Positions 51,087 through 63,750 of a stretch of 64,000 nucleotides of DNA are shown piece by piece. This DNA is from the human T2T-CHM13v2.0 reference genome, Homo sapiens: assembly GCF_009914755.1 (NCBI RefSeq), contig NC_060940.1. One strand, given 5' to 3'. A program made the translations under genes and the position numbers. A model generated the notes under the pieces. It made no database searches. It had not been told where the DNA came from and was given only the letters and a program-made list of their open reading frames with translations. Positions within the stretch are counted from its first letter, which is position 1. Each line of letters opens with the position of its first letter.

Positions 51087-51285
51087 GAGTCAGCAAACTA
51101 TGGCTGCCACTTGTTTGTGTAAATAAAGTTTTATTGCAACGCAGACAAGACCATTTATTTATGGATTTGCCCGTGGCTGCTTTTGCAATACTCAGCAGAA
51201 CTGAGTAGTTGCAGCAGAGACTGTATGGCCAGCAAAGTTGAAAATATTGACTATCTAACCCTTTACACAAAAACTTTGCTGACTG
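51087..51285 (+). mobile_element. MER58A-like MITE
   Basis: tcagcaaactatggc...gtaaataaagttttattg...aactttgctgac. Confidence 0.85.
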
Positions 51286-51989
51286 TCTTGAACAACGTGT
51301 ATTTCAGCAGAGACTACATGGGGCAAAGCCTATGAGTATTGCCTTGAAAGGATAGGGCTAAGACCTGAGAACTTTTGTTCACCCCTTGTGGGTAGGGGAT
51401 GGTGCTCAGAAAAGGTGTTCTAATTATCACTGAAGTCTCGTTTTCCACCAGGACAGTGGATGGCTGCCCAGAGTTGGATTGAAGTTGATTTAAAGAAAAT
51501 AAAGGAACAGGATAACCTTGCACACTGGAGATTTGTATCTGCTTGGGTAAAAATAGCATGATAGTGTTATATTACCCAGTGCATCCCACCACTTCTGGAA
51601 ATTTCGTATATCATTCTCCCTCCCACCTGAGACTGTGGTATTCCATACTCATCACCATCCAGGGATGGCTGTTATGGCAGGAATGCATAGAGGAAGAAGA
51701 AAAAAAAAAAAAAAGCCAACGCTCAGCTTTTGAGTTTCAAAACAGGTTTTTGAAATGCTTGGCACCTGACAATAATTTTGAAAACCAAGGATTTTGCTTT
51801 ATAAAAGCCAGTTTTTAAAAATGGTTTCAAAAGCTTAAGTCCTAAAGAGCTTAGGGTGCATGGTTTATATCATAATAAAAAACTTGGAAAGAGAAGATGA
51901 AGAGGCAATTTTATCACTACAGAAATGATAACATCTCCCTGGGAAGAGACAGAAGCAAGGAGATACACGAGAATTAGGTGTGGATAAGT

Positions 51990-52984
51990 ATGGAATCAGT
52001 TATTTATTGCTGCGTGAAAACTACCCCAAAACTTAGTGGCTTAAAACAACAATTCTTATTTATTTTGCTCACTGTTCTGCAATTTGGGCAGGGCCTTCTC
52101 TGCTCCAGTGACATCAGCTGGGATGGCTTGATGGGGTGGGGGTTGGCAGGTGGTTCGGAGATTTGTTTTCAGGATGGCTCATTCATATGGCTGGTAAGTT
52201 GGTGCTGGCTGTTGGGAAACTCAGCTGGGGCTATGGCCAGGGATCTCAGTCCTCTCCACAAGTCTCTCCATGGCTACTTGGACTTTTCTGCAGCATGGGA
52301 TTTGGGTTCTAAGAGCAAGTATCCCAAGAGAGGAGGATAGAAATGCATAGCTTTAAAATGATATAACTTTGGAAGTCAGATAGTATCTCTTCCACCGTCC
52401 TCTACTGATGGAGGCAGTCATAAAGCTCTGCTCAGGTTCAAGGGAAGGTACTATGGTTTGAATGTTTATCCCCTCCAAAACTTATGTTGAAACTTAAATC
52501 CCCAATATGGCAGTATTGAAAAGTGGAGCCTTTAAGAGGTGATTGGACCATGGATGCTCTGCCCTCATGAATAGATTAATCCATTTATGGATTGATGGGT
52601 TAATGAATTAATGGGTTATTATGGGAGTGGCATTGCTAACTTTATAAGAGAAGAGACACCTGAGCTAGCATACTCAGCCCCCTTCCAATGTGGTGCCTTC
52701 CTCAGAACTCTGCAGAGAGTCCCTACCAGCAAGAAGGCCCTCACCAGGTGCACCCCCCTTGACCTTGGACTTCACAGCCTCCAGAACTGTAAGAAATGAA
52801 TTTCTTTTCTTTATAAATTTCCCAGTTTAAGGTATTCTGTTATATGCAACAGAAAATGGACTAAAACAGAAGGAGATACAGACTTCACTACTCCATGGAT
52901 GGAGTATCAAGGTTACATTATAAGAAGAGCAAGTTGGACAAGAGATATTTTTGCCCCCATCTTTGGGAAATCCAATCTGCCACA
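51990..52984 (-). mobile_element. MLT1 (F-H-like) LTR interrupted by MST
   Basis: ccccaaaacttagtggcttaaaacaac...aatctgccaca. Confidence 0.82.
52449..52868 (+). mobile_element. MST (B/C-like) solo LTR
   Basis: tactatggtttgaatg...ggactaaaaca; 5-bp TSD gaagg. Confidence 0.9.
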
Positions 52985-54535
52985 AGTCTATTTTAGAAAG
53001 GGCTTTGGCTCTTGTTCCCTCACCTGACTCTCAAGTTGGGGAGAGGTTGCATAAGTAAACTCTAGAGAGGTGGGGAGGTCAAGAGCATTGGGGACCTGTG
53101 TCTCAGCTGTCAGGCCTTTCAGAGAGGCTTCTACTCGGCTCGGCTTGAAATGATAGATAAGAGGCGGCTGTGAGTGTTGTCTGGGCAGACTGGTCAGGGG
53201 CAGTCTCACTGCATCATCAACATCCCCAGCGTCTCCTAGGAGAACAGAACATGCTTCTGTGGCCAAGGTTAGCATGGTGGGGGTGGTGAGAGCCTTGTAG
53301 GGGAAATGAGGGAAAATAGCCATCACTGACTAGTGAGACCAGAAAGCATTAAGTCCCCATGAAGTCAAGGAGGAGTAACGGCATTGATTGAAGAGAAGCT
53401 ACTTCTCGGTGGCTACCAAAGGGATAACGAAGGGCCAAAGAGTGCCCCCCACCAATGCCATGATGCTATGAACACCTCCCAGAAATTCGATGCAGCTGGA
53501 AGGAGAAGGCAGAAGGAAGTAGACCATGAAATAACCAATGAAACCTTGAATTTGCTGAGTTCTTCCTGAATTGTCTGAGTTTATCCTCAATTGAACAGGA
53601 TTAGGTTTACTGCAGCCACATAGTGTGGGGGCCCTGGAAAATAACAAAATTCAGTTATAAGGAAGTAAAAGAGATTATATTTTTCTCACCTGGGTTTGCG
53701 GCTTTTAAAACGTTATATCTGCTGTAAAGAGATATGCGTTGGCTACAAAAAGCAGCAGAGAACCAAACAATTTTGAAAAAAACATTTAGGAGGTGAGGTC
53801 AGGGCTTGGTGCTGAATGAGTCAGTAGGAAATCCAGACGATGATCTTTTGGAATACCTGCATTGTAAGGTGGCTGTCTTCTCTGAATCTTTATGGAACTG
53901 AGGGGTAGCCTGGCGACGGACACGGTTTTAATCCTTCTTCTTCTGAAATGCAAGACGGAGCCACAAAATTGAACAGAAAAAAAAATGATAGGCATTTTTG
54001 CATCGTTGTCCAATTTGGCCAAGGCTATATCAACTCCACAAGCAAACAAGCACTTGGCATCCCTCGGTAGGTTTTTCCTCGAGTCTCATTAGTTCCCCAA
54101 ATGGAACAGCTGCTGCCAAAGCAGTTTGCTCCACCAGCCCAGCACTCGCTCCTCTGCCTGCTCAGGCTCCCTCAGCTCTGGAGGAATTAATTTCATCTGT
54201 AGCAGAGCTCAGAGGCACTACGGTGACTTCAGTTGGCAGCCAAGGGGCTCCAAGCAGCCAAGCTAAACATGGTGGGGGAAGCAAGCCCTGTTGTCCCAGC
54301 TCATTGCCGGCTTGCCAAGACTCCATTAGTTAAGAGCACTTCCTGGTGCAGGCTGGAAAAGGGAGGAGGCTGGAGTGCAATTGCATCCTAAGCATGGAGC
54401 ACACCTGCAAAGGGGGACCTGTGTTCAGAGCTGCTGCCCCTAGTTTTCTGCATTTATGCTACCTTGTACTCTTCCCTGTAAACGGCCATCCCTATAAGTG
54501 CTTCCTTGCACCTGGGCGGCTGGATAGTCTAGTCA

Positions 54536-54920
<385 letters not shown>

Positions 54921-54949
54921 CTTGGCATGTCTTGAGACTCTGACTTTTT

Positions 54950-54954
54950 AAAAT

Positions 54955-54985
<31 letters not shown>

Positions 54986-55272
54986 TTTTTGAGACAGAGT
55001 CTTGCTCTGTCACCCAGGCAGGAGTGCAGTGAGGCAATCTTGTCTCACTGCAATCTCCACCTCCTGAGTTCAAGTGATTCTTGTGCCTCAGCCTCCTGAG
55101 TAGCTGGGATTACAGGCGCATGCGACCATGCCTGGCTAACTTTTATATTTTTAGTAGAGATGGGGTTTCACCATGTTGGCCAGGCTGGTCTCGAACTCCT
55201 GACCTCAGGCGATTAGCCTGCCTCGGCCTCCCAAAGTGTTGGGATTACAGGCGTGAGCCATCATGCCCGGAC
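54950..55272 (-). mobile_element. Alu (AluS-like)
   Basis: Full reverse Alu with (TTTA)n tail. Confidence 0.94.
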
Positions 55273-55274
55273 TG

Positions 55275-55750
55275 AAATTATTTTTATTGTGATAAAATAT
55301 ACATAATACAAAGCATACCATTTTAACTGTTTTTAAGTGTACAGTTTTGTGGCATTAAGTATATCACATTGTTGTATGACCAATCTCCAGAACTGTTTTC
55401 ATCTTCAGCTGAAACTCTACCCGTTAAACAACTCCCCATTCTTCCCTCTCCCCAGCTCCCGGCAACCTCCATTCTACTTTTTGTCTCTATGAATTTGACT
55501 ACTCTAGGGACCTCATATAAGTGGAATTGCACAGTATTTGTCTTTTTGTGGCTGGCTTATTTCACCTAGCACAATGTCCTCAAGGTGCATCCACATTGTT
55601 GTATATGTCAGTATTTTCTTCCTTTTTAAGACTGGATAATATACTGTTGTATATACTACATTTTATCCATTCATCAGTCAGCAGACATTTGGGTTGTTTT
55701 CATCTTTTGGTTATTGTGAATAACGCTGCTGTGATCATGGATGTACAAAT
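55275..55750 (-). mobile_element. L1MB-like 3' end
   Basis: tttttaagtgtacagt...ctttttgtctctatgaatttgactactctagggacctcatataagtggaat. Confidence 0.88.
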
Positions 55751-55898
55751 AAGACTTTGCATTTCAAACAAGCTCTCAGGAAAGGCTTGCTGCTGTTGAT
55801 CCTCGGAACCCACGTTGAGCAGCCAGAGCCCTGTAGTGAAGGGTCTGGGCCCCAGATTCTCACCCTCTGGGTTATATCTTAGGTCTATAATTTATTAG

Positions 55899-56375
<477 letters not shown>

Positions 56376-56443
56376 GGCAAATAATTTAACCTCAGTCTCC
56401 TCCTCTGTTAAATGGAAATAGTAATGGAATCTGCCTTGGAGGG

Positions 56444-56796
56444 TGATATGGCTTGGCCGTGTCTCCACCCAAATCTCATCTTAAATTGTAGCTCCCACAG
56501 TTCCCACGTGTTGTGGGAGGGACCCAGTTGGAGGTAATTGAATCATGGAGGTAGGTCTTTCCTGTGCTATTCTTGTGATAGTGAATAAGTCTCATGAGAT
56601 CTTATGGTTTTATAAAGGGTAGTTTCCCTGCATAAGTTCTCTTCTCTTATCTGCCACCATGTGAGATGTGCCTTTCACCTTCCACCATGATTGTGAGGCC
56701 TCCAGCCATGTGGAACTATGAATTCATTAAATCTCTTTCTTTTGTAAATTTCCCAGTCTCAGGTATGTCTTTATCAGCAGTATGAAAACTAATACA
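56444..56796 (+). mobile_element. THE1 (B/C-like) solo LTR
   Basis: tgatatgg...ctaataca; TSD gaggg. Confidence 0.93.
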
Positions 56797-56862
56797 GAGG
56801 GCTGGATGGGCATTGAATAAAATGATTATGTGTTAACTGCCTAGCACAATGTCTGGCGTACG

Positions 56863-56988
56863 TTAGGTTGCCCCCTGTGAAACTGTGCTTTATGAAATTG
56901 CCCAGGTCAGAACCTGTCAAATATCAATTCATATGAGCCTGGTCACATGAGAGTTGGTCAAATATCAATTTCATATGAGTCAACCTAA
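56863..56988. mobile_element. Made2-like (Hsmar2) MITE with internal duplication
   Basis: Termini ttaggttg / caacctaa; tatgaaattgcc and caatttcatatg arms. Confidence 0.75.
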
Positions 56989-57807
56989 TTACAAGCTTTT
57001 AAAATATTTTAAATAATAATTATTGAATAATGTTAATATTAACCCTCATTTCCAAACCCTAGTTACTCATCTCCTTCCAGAATATAGTCTGTGTCTTGGG
57101 GACTTCCAGAAGGGAAAATCACTACCCCTTTGCTGCTTTCCCATCCCATCTTGACCCCAGCCAGCAGTCACGGCCGCCACCTTGGCCTTCCTTTTGGCAG
57201 CATATCCCTTTCCCCCAGCCTGCCAAGGTGAGAAAAAGCCTTCTGAATGTCCAGTGGTGCTGTCTGCATTTTTCTACCTAGAGATAATTTTTTGGTGTGT
57301 GTACATCTTGCTTTTGTGTGTGTACAGTTTTACTAGTGACCTGATTTTGCAGAGCTCAGCAACCCGTGAGGACCAATAGGGCCTTGTTGACTAGGACAGT
57401 TCAGCGTTTGCTGGTTCATGCATTTAACTGCATAATGCACGATGCCAGTGGACCCAGCCCTGAGTCTTCCCTCATCATCCCTGTAGTCCCATGGGTTTCT
57501 CACGTGTCCCCCTGACCAGTCCTCTCAGCTCCCACTCTGCATCCTCTGGTTGACCTTGGCTGTCTGATAAGATATGGGAAGGGAGGACGTTCACTGTGGC
57601 TGCTGAGTTGGTGCCTCTGAAAATGCCAAGCCCTTGGTCAGGGGGTTGTGTCCTCCACTCTCCAAAAATGACAATCCCTGGAGATGATGAAAAACACTGC
57701 ATCTGAGTCCATTTCTTGCTGCATCCTAGTCCCAGGGTGGAGAGAAGGCCTTTCTCGGCTACTCTGGGTCATATTTTATCCTGTGGACCTAGGACCTAAG
57801 ACGGCCC

Positions 57808-58132
<325 letters not shown>

Positions 58133-58279
58133 TGATATCCAAGAGGCCAAGTGAAAGGACAAACTCCCAGTCATCCTCTTCATCTTCCCCTATATCTTTG
58201 TACCTCAGAGCCCAAACTTTTCCTTGCCGACTCCTCTTACCAAGTGTGAAAAGCATAATCACTAACTTTTACTGAAGGG

Positions 58280-58655
58280 TATTTTAGATTTTATAATTCC
58301 CTCCTAGTTATTTGCCTCCCGATAAGAGGATTATACATTCCTGCTCATTACTGTGTGATTGACATGCCTCCCAGTGAGAGGAGCAACATTCTTGTCCCAC
58401 TGATACTGGGCTTGGCCCTGTGACTTGCTTTGGCCAGTGGTGTCTGGAGGGATGTGATGGATGTCTGAGCAACTTTAAACTGTTGTCTGTTTCTGCCAGC
58501 TCCCTTGTCCCTTTCCTCTGTCACAAGAACAGTACATCTTAGGGCTTATCCTAGAGAGGGGCTGCCCTTCAGCATGAAACCAGGAAGTAAACTTTTGTGG
58601 TTGTAAGCCACTGAAATGTTGGAGTTATTTGATATTATAACAAAGCTGATTAATA
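58280..58655 (+). mobile_element. MLT1 (H/I-like) LTR
   Basis: gggcttggccctgtgacttgctttggccagtgg...gttgtaagccactgaaat. Confidence 0.7.
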
Positions 58656-58740
58656 GAAGAGCTTACCATGTCTAGGCACTGTTCTGTGTTTCATGTATAT
58701 TTAATAATTCATTTAACTCTTAGAACAATGTTATGAGATA

Positions 58741-58892
58741 TTCGGTTGGTGCAAAAGTAATTGCAAAATGTACTAATTTTGTAATTTTGCGGTTTTTGCA
58801 ATGAAAAGTAATTGCGAAATGTACTAATTTTGTAATTTTGCGGTTTTTGCAATGAAAAGTAATTGCGAAATGTACTAATTTTGTAATTTTTT
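58741..58892 (+). repeat. Made1-derived 51-bp tandem repeat (~2.7 copies)
   Basis: Units start at 58753, 58804 and 58855; begins with the Made1 TIR ta|ttcggttggtgcaaaagtaattgc. Confidence 0.92.
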
Positions 58893-58962
58893 GTTACTAC
58901 AGCAAGCCTACCCCATCCTACATACCAGTCAGGATGGGGTAGGCTTTGCTGCAGTAACAAAA
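58889..58962. repeat. ~31-bp inverted repeat with 11-nt loop
   Basis: ttttgttactacagcaagcctaccccatcct / aggatggggtaggctttgctgcagtaacaaaa (one mismatch, one bulge). Confidence 0.93.
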
Positions 58963-59255
58963 GAAAAAATTCCAAATGCTCTATGGCTTAGCTAGAATAG
59001 AGCTTGCTTTTTCCACATGCTGTGTGTCTGCTGAAGGTCAGCAGGGGAATCTTTTCCTCGTTGTTCTGAGGAACTCAGGATGATGGAGGCTCCAAATTTT
59101 GACATGTGGTCACAGTACAAGAAAGGGCACATAGCACATAGTGCATTGGCTCTTAAAGTTTCTTCCTGGAACAAATACACATCATTGTGCTCATGTTTCA
59201 CCGGGTCAAAGCAAGCCTTAATTCCACATAGCAACCCTGCAAAGCAGGTGGACTT
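58925..59255 (-). mobile_element. Ancient LTR (LTR33/MLT1-like)
   Basis: cagtcaggatg...gctgcagtaacaaa...tggcttag; ggctcttaaagtttcttcctggaa. Confidence 0.55.
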
Positions 59256-60421
59256 CTCTCTAGTTCTCAGATGAGGGATCTGAGGTTCAGCAGGTGAAGG
59301 ACTTGCCCAAGGTCACACAAGGGGGTGGAGCCTGCATTTGAATTCAAATGTGTTTGACTCCAAAGCCTGTTCTCTTAAGCAGCACATCCTTCTGCCTTGG
59401 AAAAGCTGGTCTCTCAGGTCAGATGACCTGTGGTTTCCACCAGGAAAGGGTGTTCTTATCTTCAGATTTTTCAGCTTCCTTGAGCTCAGAGATGGCAAAC
59501 AGAAATCCAAGGGTTGGATTTGACCTCCAGAAGTAATTTGTTTGACTTCTATGTTAAAACATTCTTAAAAATTAATTGCAGGTATTTAAAATGGAAAGAT
59601 ATCAGAAACTCACACACAAATCCCCCTTTCCCAAATTCTTGGAAAATTGAAGATCCTCTCACAATGGGGCTCATTTGCATATGGGCAGGCAACAATGGCC
59701 AGTAACCGAGTAGGGCCATCCCTTTTAGGTGATGTCTGTGCTCTCTAGTTTGTCTCGTCCCCTCATCTCCCAGCCCAATTCACTCATTTGTCATGCCCGC
59801 CTGGTCCTGGCAGGCACATGAATTTGGACTCCTGCCCTAATTCTCCCCTACTTGGCTTAAGGAGTTGCCAGGTGGAAAACAAGCCTGCACCCAGTCAGTG
59901 GAGATGGGAGGGGGTGTGACTTCCTGTACAAAGAAATGAGCAAATGGGTTCACCCATCAATAAAACGGTAACACAATAATCCAGAGTGGTCCCAGCCTCT
60001 AGGACAAGCAGGCTACACATGCAGAAGCAGGCTCAGGGACAATCAGATTCAATAAATATAAATTTTATATCATCAAGTTTTGCCACCAGCTCATTAAACT
60101 GGAGTAATAAGTATGGGGCTGAGTACCCTGTTAACACACTGCAGCCAGAAGGAGGGCTGATGGAGAACCAGGCAAGGGACTCACTGGGGGAATGGTTACC
60201 AGCAATAAGGAAATATTCATCACAGCTGCTGAGGAGGCCTGAGAATGCCCCACGATGCACAAACTGCAGGCCGTGGAGGAAGAGGTGGAGGGAAAACACC
60301 GAACAGGAAGCATTTAAGGCAGGGCAATTTGTTCATGGTCCTGGTGAAATTAAGGGACTGTTAACTATCACCCGGTGCCTTGTTCCCTTCTTCAAGAATG
60401 CTTTTTCTCCCCAGTGCAGCA

Positions 60422-60546
60422 CAGGGTTGCTGCAGACAGTTGTACAACTGCACAACCCTAGGGGGTGCCATTCCCACCGTGTTCATATGAATGTGTCTGC
60501 TGGAGTTGAGCAGTGCCCAGTCTGTACAACTGCACGTGGCAGGCTG
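60422..60546. mobile_element. MER91-like MITE
   Basis: cagggttgc...actgcacaaccctagggggtgccattc...gtggcaggctg. Confidence 0.65.
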
Positions 60547-60569
60547 GTTCTGGCACTTCCAAGTCCCAC

Positions 60570-60960
60570 ACATCTTTCCAAGTCGAGTTCAAATGCCGTG
60601 GCCTTCCAGAAGCCTCTTCTAACCTTACTTCCTCTGAACTACCTCTACCTTTTGCTGTCTCAGTTTTCTAGCATTTACCATTTCTCCAGGGAGTTCTTCC
60701 CTGACCAGCCCTCTCTCCGACAACCTAAATGAATTTTCTCTTGTTATTCTCTCTCATAGCATCATGTTCTTTCCTTCATGGCATTTATCCACGTTTGTAA
60801 TTAAATATTTATCTGTGTGATTATTATTTCATGTCCTTTTCGGCAGCTGGGCTGTAACCTCCCTAAGAGCAGAGACCAAGCCTTGATTGGTTCACAGCTT
60901 GTCGTCTCATTCGCAGCACATAGTAGGTGCTGGGTAAATATATAATGACGGAAAGAACGT
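60570..60960. mobile_element. L2 3' region
   Basis: gttcaaatgcc...ccagaagcct; agcacatagtaggtgct. Confidence 0.75.
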
Positions 60961-60991
60961 GCATAATTATCATTTCATTTACTATTCTATA

Positions 60992-61367
60992 TGATATAGT
61001 TTGGTTCTGTGTCCCTTCCCAAATTTCACTTTGAATCGTAATCCCCATGTGTCGGGGGAGGAACCCGGTCGGAGGTGATTGGATCATGGGGGTGGTTTCC
61101 CCCATGCTGTTCTCGTAATAGTGAGTAAGTCTCAAAAGATGCGCTTGTTTGATAAGTGTGGGCCTCTTTCCCCTTCATGCTCTCTCTCTCCCTCTCCTGC
61201 TATCTTGTGAAGAAGGTGCCTGCTTTTCCTTTGCCTTCTGCCATGATTGTAAGTTTCCTGAGGCCTCCCCAGCCATTTGGAACTGTGGAGTCAATTAAAC
61301 CTTTTTCCTTTATAAATTACCCAGTCTCAGGCATTTCTTTATAGCAGTGTGAAAACGGTCTAATACC
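60992..61367 (+). mobile_element. THE1D/MSTA-like solo LTR
   Basis: tgatatagtttgg...ctaatac; TSD ctata. Confidence 0.92.
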
Positions 61368-61661
61368 CTATAGGCTAAGAGAGGGCAGGAACTGGCCTTA
61401 CTCCTGGTTGGGTCCCCCAAACACTTGGTAAAGTCCTAGCACACAGTAGTTGATCAATCAGTGTTTTATAGAAAAGTAAAGGATATGAGCTCTCATGATG
61501 AGATGGACTGTATTTGCTTTGGGCTTTCTCATAGCAAACACCCCTTCCTGGATCTTCACCACTTCTGCTATGCATCTGTCTTCCTCCAGCTTCTTGTCTG
61601 AGAGGCTTTAGTACCTAATGGACAAACATGGGTTCCATCTTTCTTAGATGACTGTCTAACT

Positions 61662-61885
61662 CAGGGTTCACCAAATACAGCCCATGGGTCAAATGCTACC
61701 GCTTGCCCATTTTGTACATGAAATCTCATTAGAACACAGCCCGACCCATTTGTTTATGTATTGTCTATGACTGCTTTTGTGCTGCACTGGCAAAGTTGAA
61801 TAGCTATGACACAGACCATGTGACTCACAAAGCCTAAAAAGTATTTGCTATCTGTCCCTTTACAGAAAAACTTTGCTGACCTCTG
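61662..61885 (+). mobile_element. MER58A MITE
   Basis: cagggttcaccaaatacagcccatggg...tttgctgacctctg. Confidence 0.85.
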
Positions 61886-61954
61886 TTCTAGCTCAATGGC
61901 CTTGAACAAACCATTTAACTTCTCTGAGCCTCAGTTTTCTCACAAAAGGGATTA

Positions 61955-62257
61955 TAGGCGCAGTGGCTCACGTCTGTAATCTTGGCACTTTGGGAGGCCG
62001 AGGCGGGTGGATTGCCTGAACTCAGGAGTTCGAGACCAGCCTGGGCAACATGGTGAAACCCCATCTAAAATACAAAATACAAAATACAAAAAATTAGCTG
62101 GGTGTGGCAGCATGCACCTGCAATCCTAGCTACTTGGGAGGCTGAGGCAGGAGAATTGCTTGAACCCAGGAGGCGGAGGTTGCAGTGAGCCAAGATCAAG
62201 CCATTGCACTATAGTCTGGGCAACAGAGCGAGACTCTGCCTCAAAAAAGAAAAAAAA
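61955..62257 (+). mobile_element. Alu inside a MIR (61895-62330)
   Basis: Near-full Alu; TSD aaaa(g/t)gg(a/c)ttata. Confidence 0.92.
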
Positions 62258-62399
62258 ATGGCTTATAATAGCTACTACATAAGATTATTGTGAAACTTTA
62301 TGTATAGTAGGTGTTCGATAAATGTTTGTCTTGTCTCTTTCTTGCTTGCTTTTGTAAACAGAATTCTGGTCCCTTTTCCTGTACCTGAACAGAATCTCT

Positions 62400-62720
62400 G
62401 TGTTGTTCATCCATTCAACACATGTTTATTGGGTGTCAGCTATGTGCTAAGTATTTTGTTAGGTACTGAGCACTCAAGCATGAACAAGGCAAAGACTCTG
62501 TCTTCATGGATCTGCTGGTCAATAAGGGGAGACACAATTAACAGGTAACCAAAACCCAGTGTGATAAGTGCAGGTGGGTAGGAAATGCAGGGGACTGAAG
62601 GAGCACACAGGGGGCCAGCTCATTCAGCCTCTGCAGGCAAAGTAAGTGTTATAGAAGAACTAACATTTCAGCTGAGACTAGAATGCACAAGAGTGAGTTA
62701 GCCAGGGGAATACGTCTTAG
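62400..62720. mobile_element. L2 3' end
   Basis: ttcatccattcaacacatgtttattggg...ctatgtgctaag; acatttcagctgagact. Confidence 0.8.
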
Positions 62721-63204
62721 AAGGACTGTCGCTGGAACTCTTTCTGAGTTAGTGCTTCACGGGATGGCAAGATACTACTGCTGAGTAATTGCAATGATCC
62801 AACTGGAGTTGAAGTTGGAAGGGGAGAGAGGTGAGCAACAAGGCTGGGCAGGAAAGCAAGAGTTTGATTGAGGGGGCTTGGAAGCCTCTTGCTCCAGGTC
62901 TATCACCAGAATGTGGGTGTGGAGTCCCAGGGCAGCCCCAGGGCTGGTGCTATGAAATGAGTGCTGGAATTCGTGGCTCCTGGGGAGGAGCAATGATGGA
63001 CATGTGATTTCAACGAAGCCCACAGGGTCACCAATGCAAAGGCCTGCAGGGCTGGTTGCAGCATGCCCATGCCCATAGGGGATAGCCAGGTGACTAAGTG
63101 CTGTGGGTGACCCAACAGCCTTCCTCACCCCCGAAAGTGGGCAGACACCACCTGGATCCAGGTAAGTGTGGCGGTGAGAAAATCAAGAAAATCTAGAAAT
63201 CTAC

Positions 63205-63502
63205 ATTTTATTCTGTTTTCTTTTCTTTTGAGACTGAGTCTCACTCTGTCTCCCAGGCTGTGGTGGGGTGGCACGACCTTGGCTCACTGCAACCTCCGCC
63301 TCCTGGGTTCAAGTAATTCTCCTGCCTCAGTAGCTAGGACTACAGGTGCCCAGCACCTCGCCCAGCTAATTTTTTTAATTTTTAGTAGAGACGGGGTTTC
63401 ACCATTTTGGCCAGGCTGGTCTCGAACTTCTGACCTCAAGCAATCCACCCACCTCGGCCTCCCAAAGTTCTGGGTTTACAGGCGCGAGCCAATGCGCTCA
63501 GC
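63205..63502 (-). mobile_element. Alu
   Basis: TSD agaaatctacatttta. Confidence 0.93.
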
Positions 63503-63519
63503 AGAAATCTACATTTTAA

Positions 63520-63750
63520 TGTTGATAGCTAATCTTTATTGAGCATTTACTCTATTCCAGGCACTCTTTTATAAGCTTTCTATCAATGAACATACTTAAG
63601 TCTCTCATATAACTAGGAGGCATGAACTACTATTACCCCATTTGGCAGCTAAGAAAATTGAGGTCAGCATGTGTGAGCAGAACAGGTGGAGGCTGGGGGA
63701 GCTGGGATGTGAACCAAGGTGGTCTCTGTTTAGGACCACGACTACATTCT
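63520..63750 (-). mobile_element. MIR SINE
   Basis: ttattgagcatttactctattccaggcact...ccccatttggcagctaagaaaattgagg. Confidence 0.8.

Noticed and set aside
53000-53700. Possible unique regulatory or exonic sequence
   Set aside because: Looks like a very old LTR that I cannot name confidently, so it is not called either way
58709-58975. ORF with a 17-aa repeat; also considered as a CRISPR-like array or miR-548 gene
   Set aside because: The peptide repeat just reflects the 51-bp unit. There are no unique spacers or cas genes, and the Made1 palindrome needed for a miR-548 hairpin is missing
59986-60732. Longest ORF (248 aa)
   Set aside because: GTG start, runs through MER91 and L2 remnants, and shows no recognisable domain; consistent with a chance ORF
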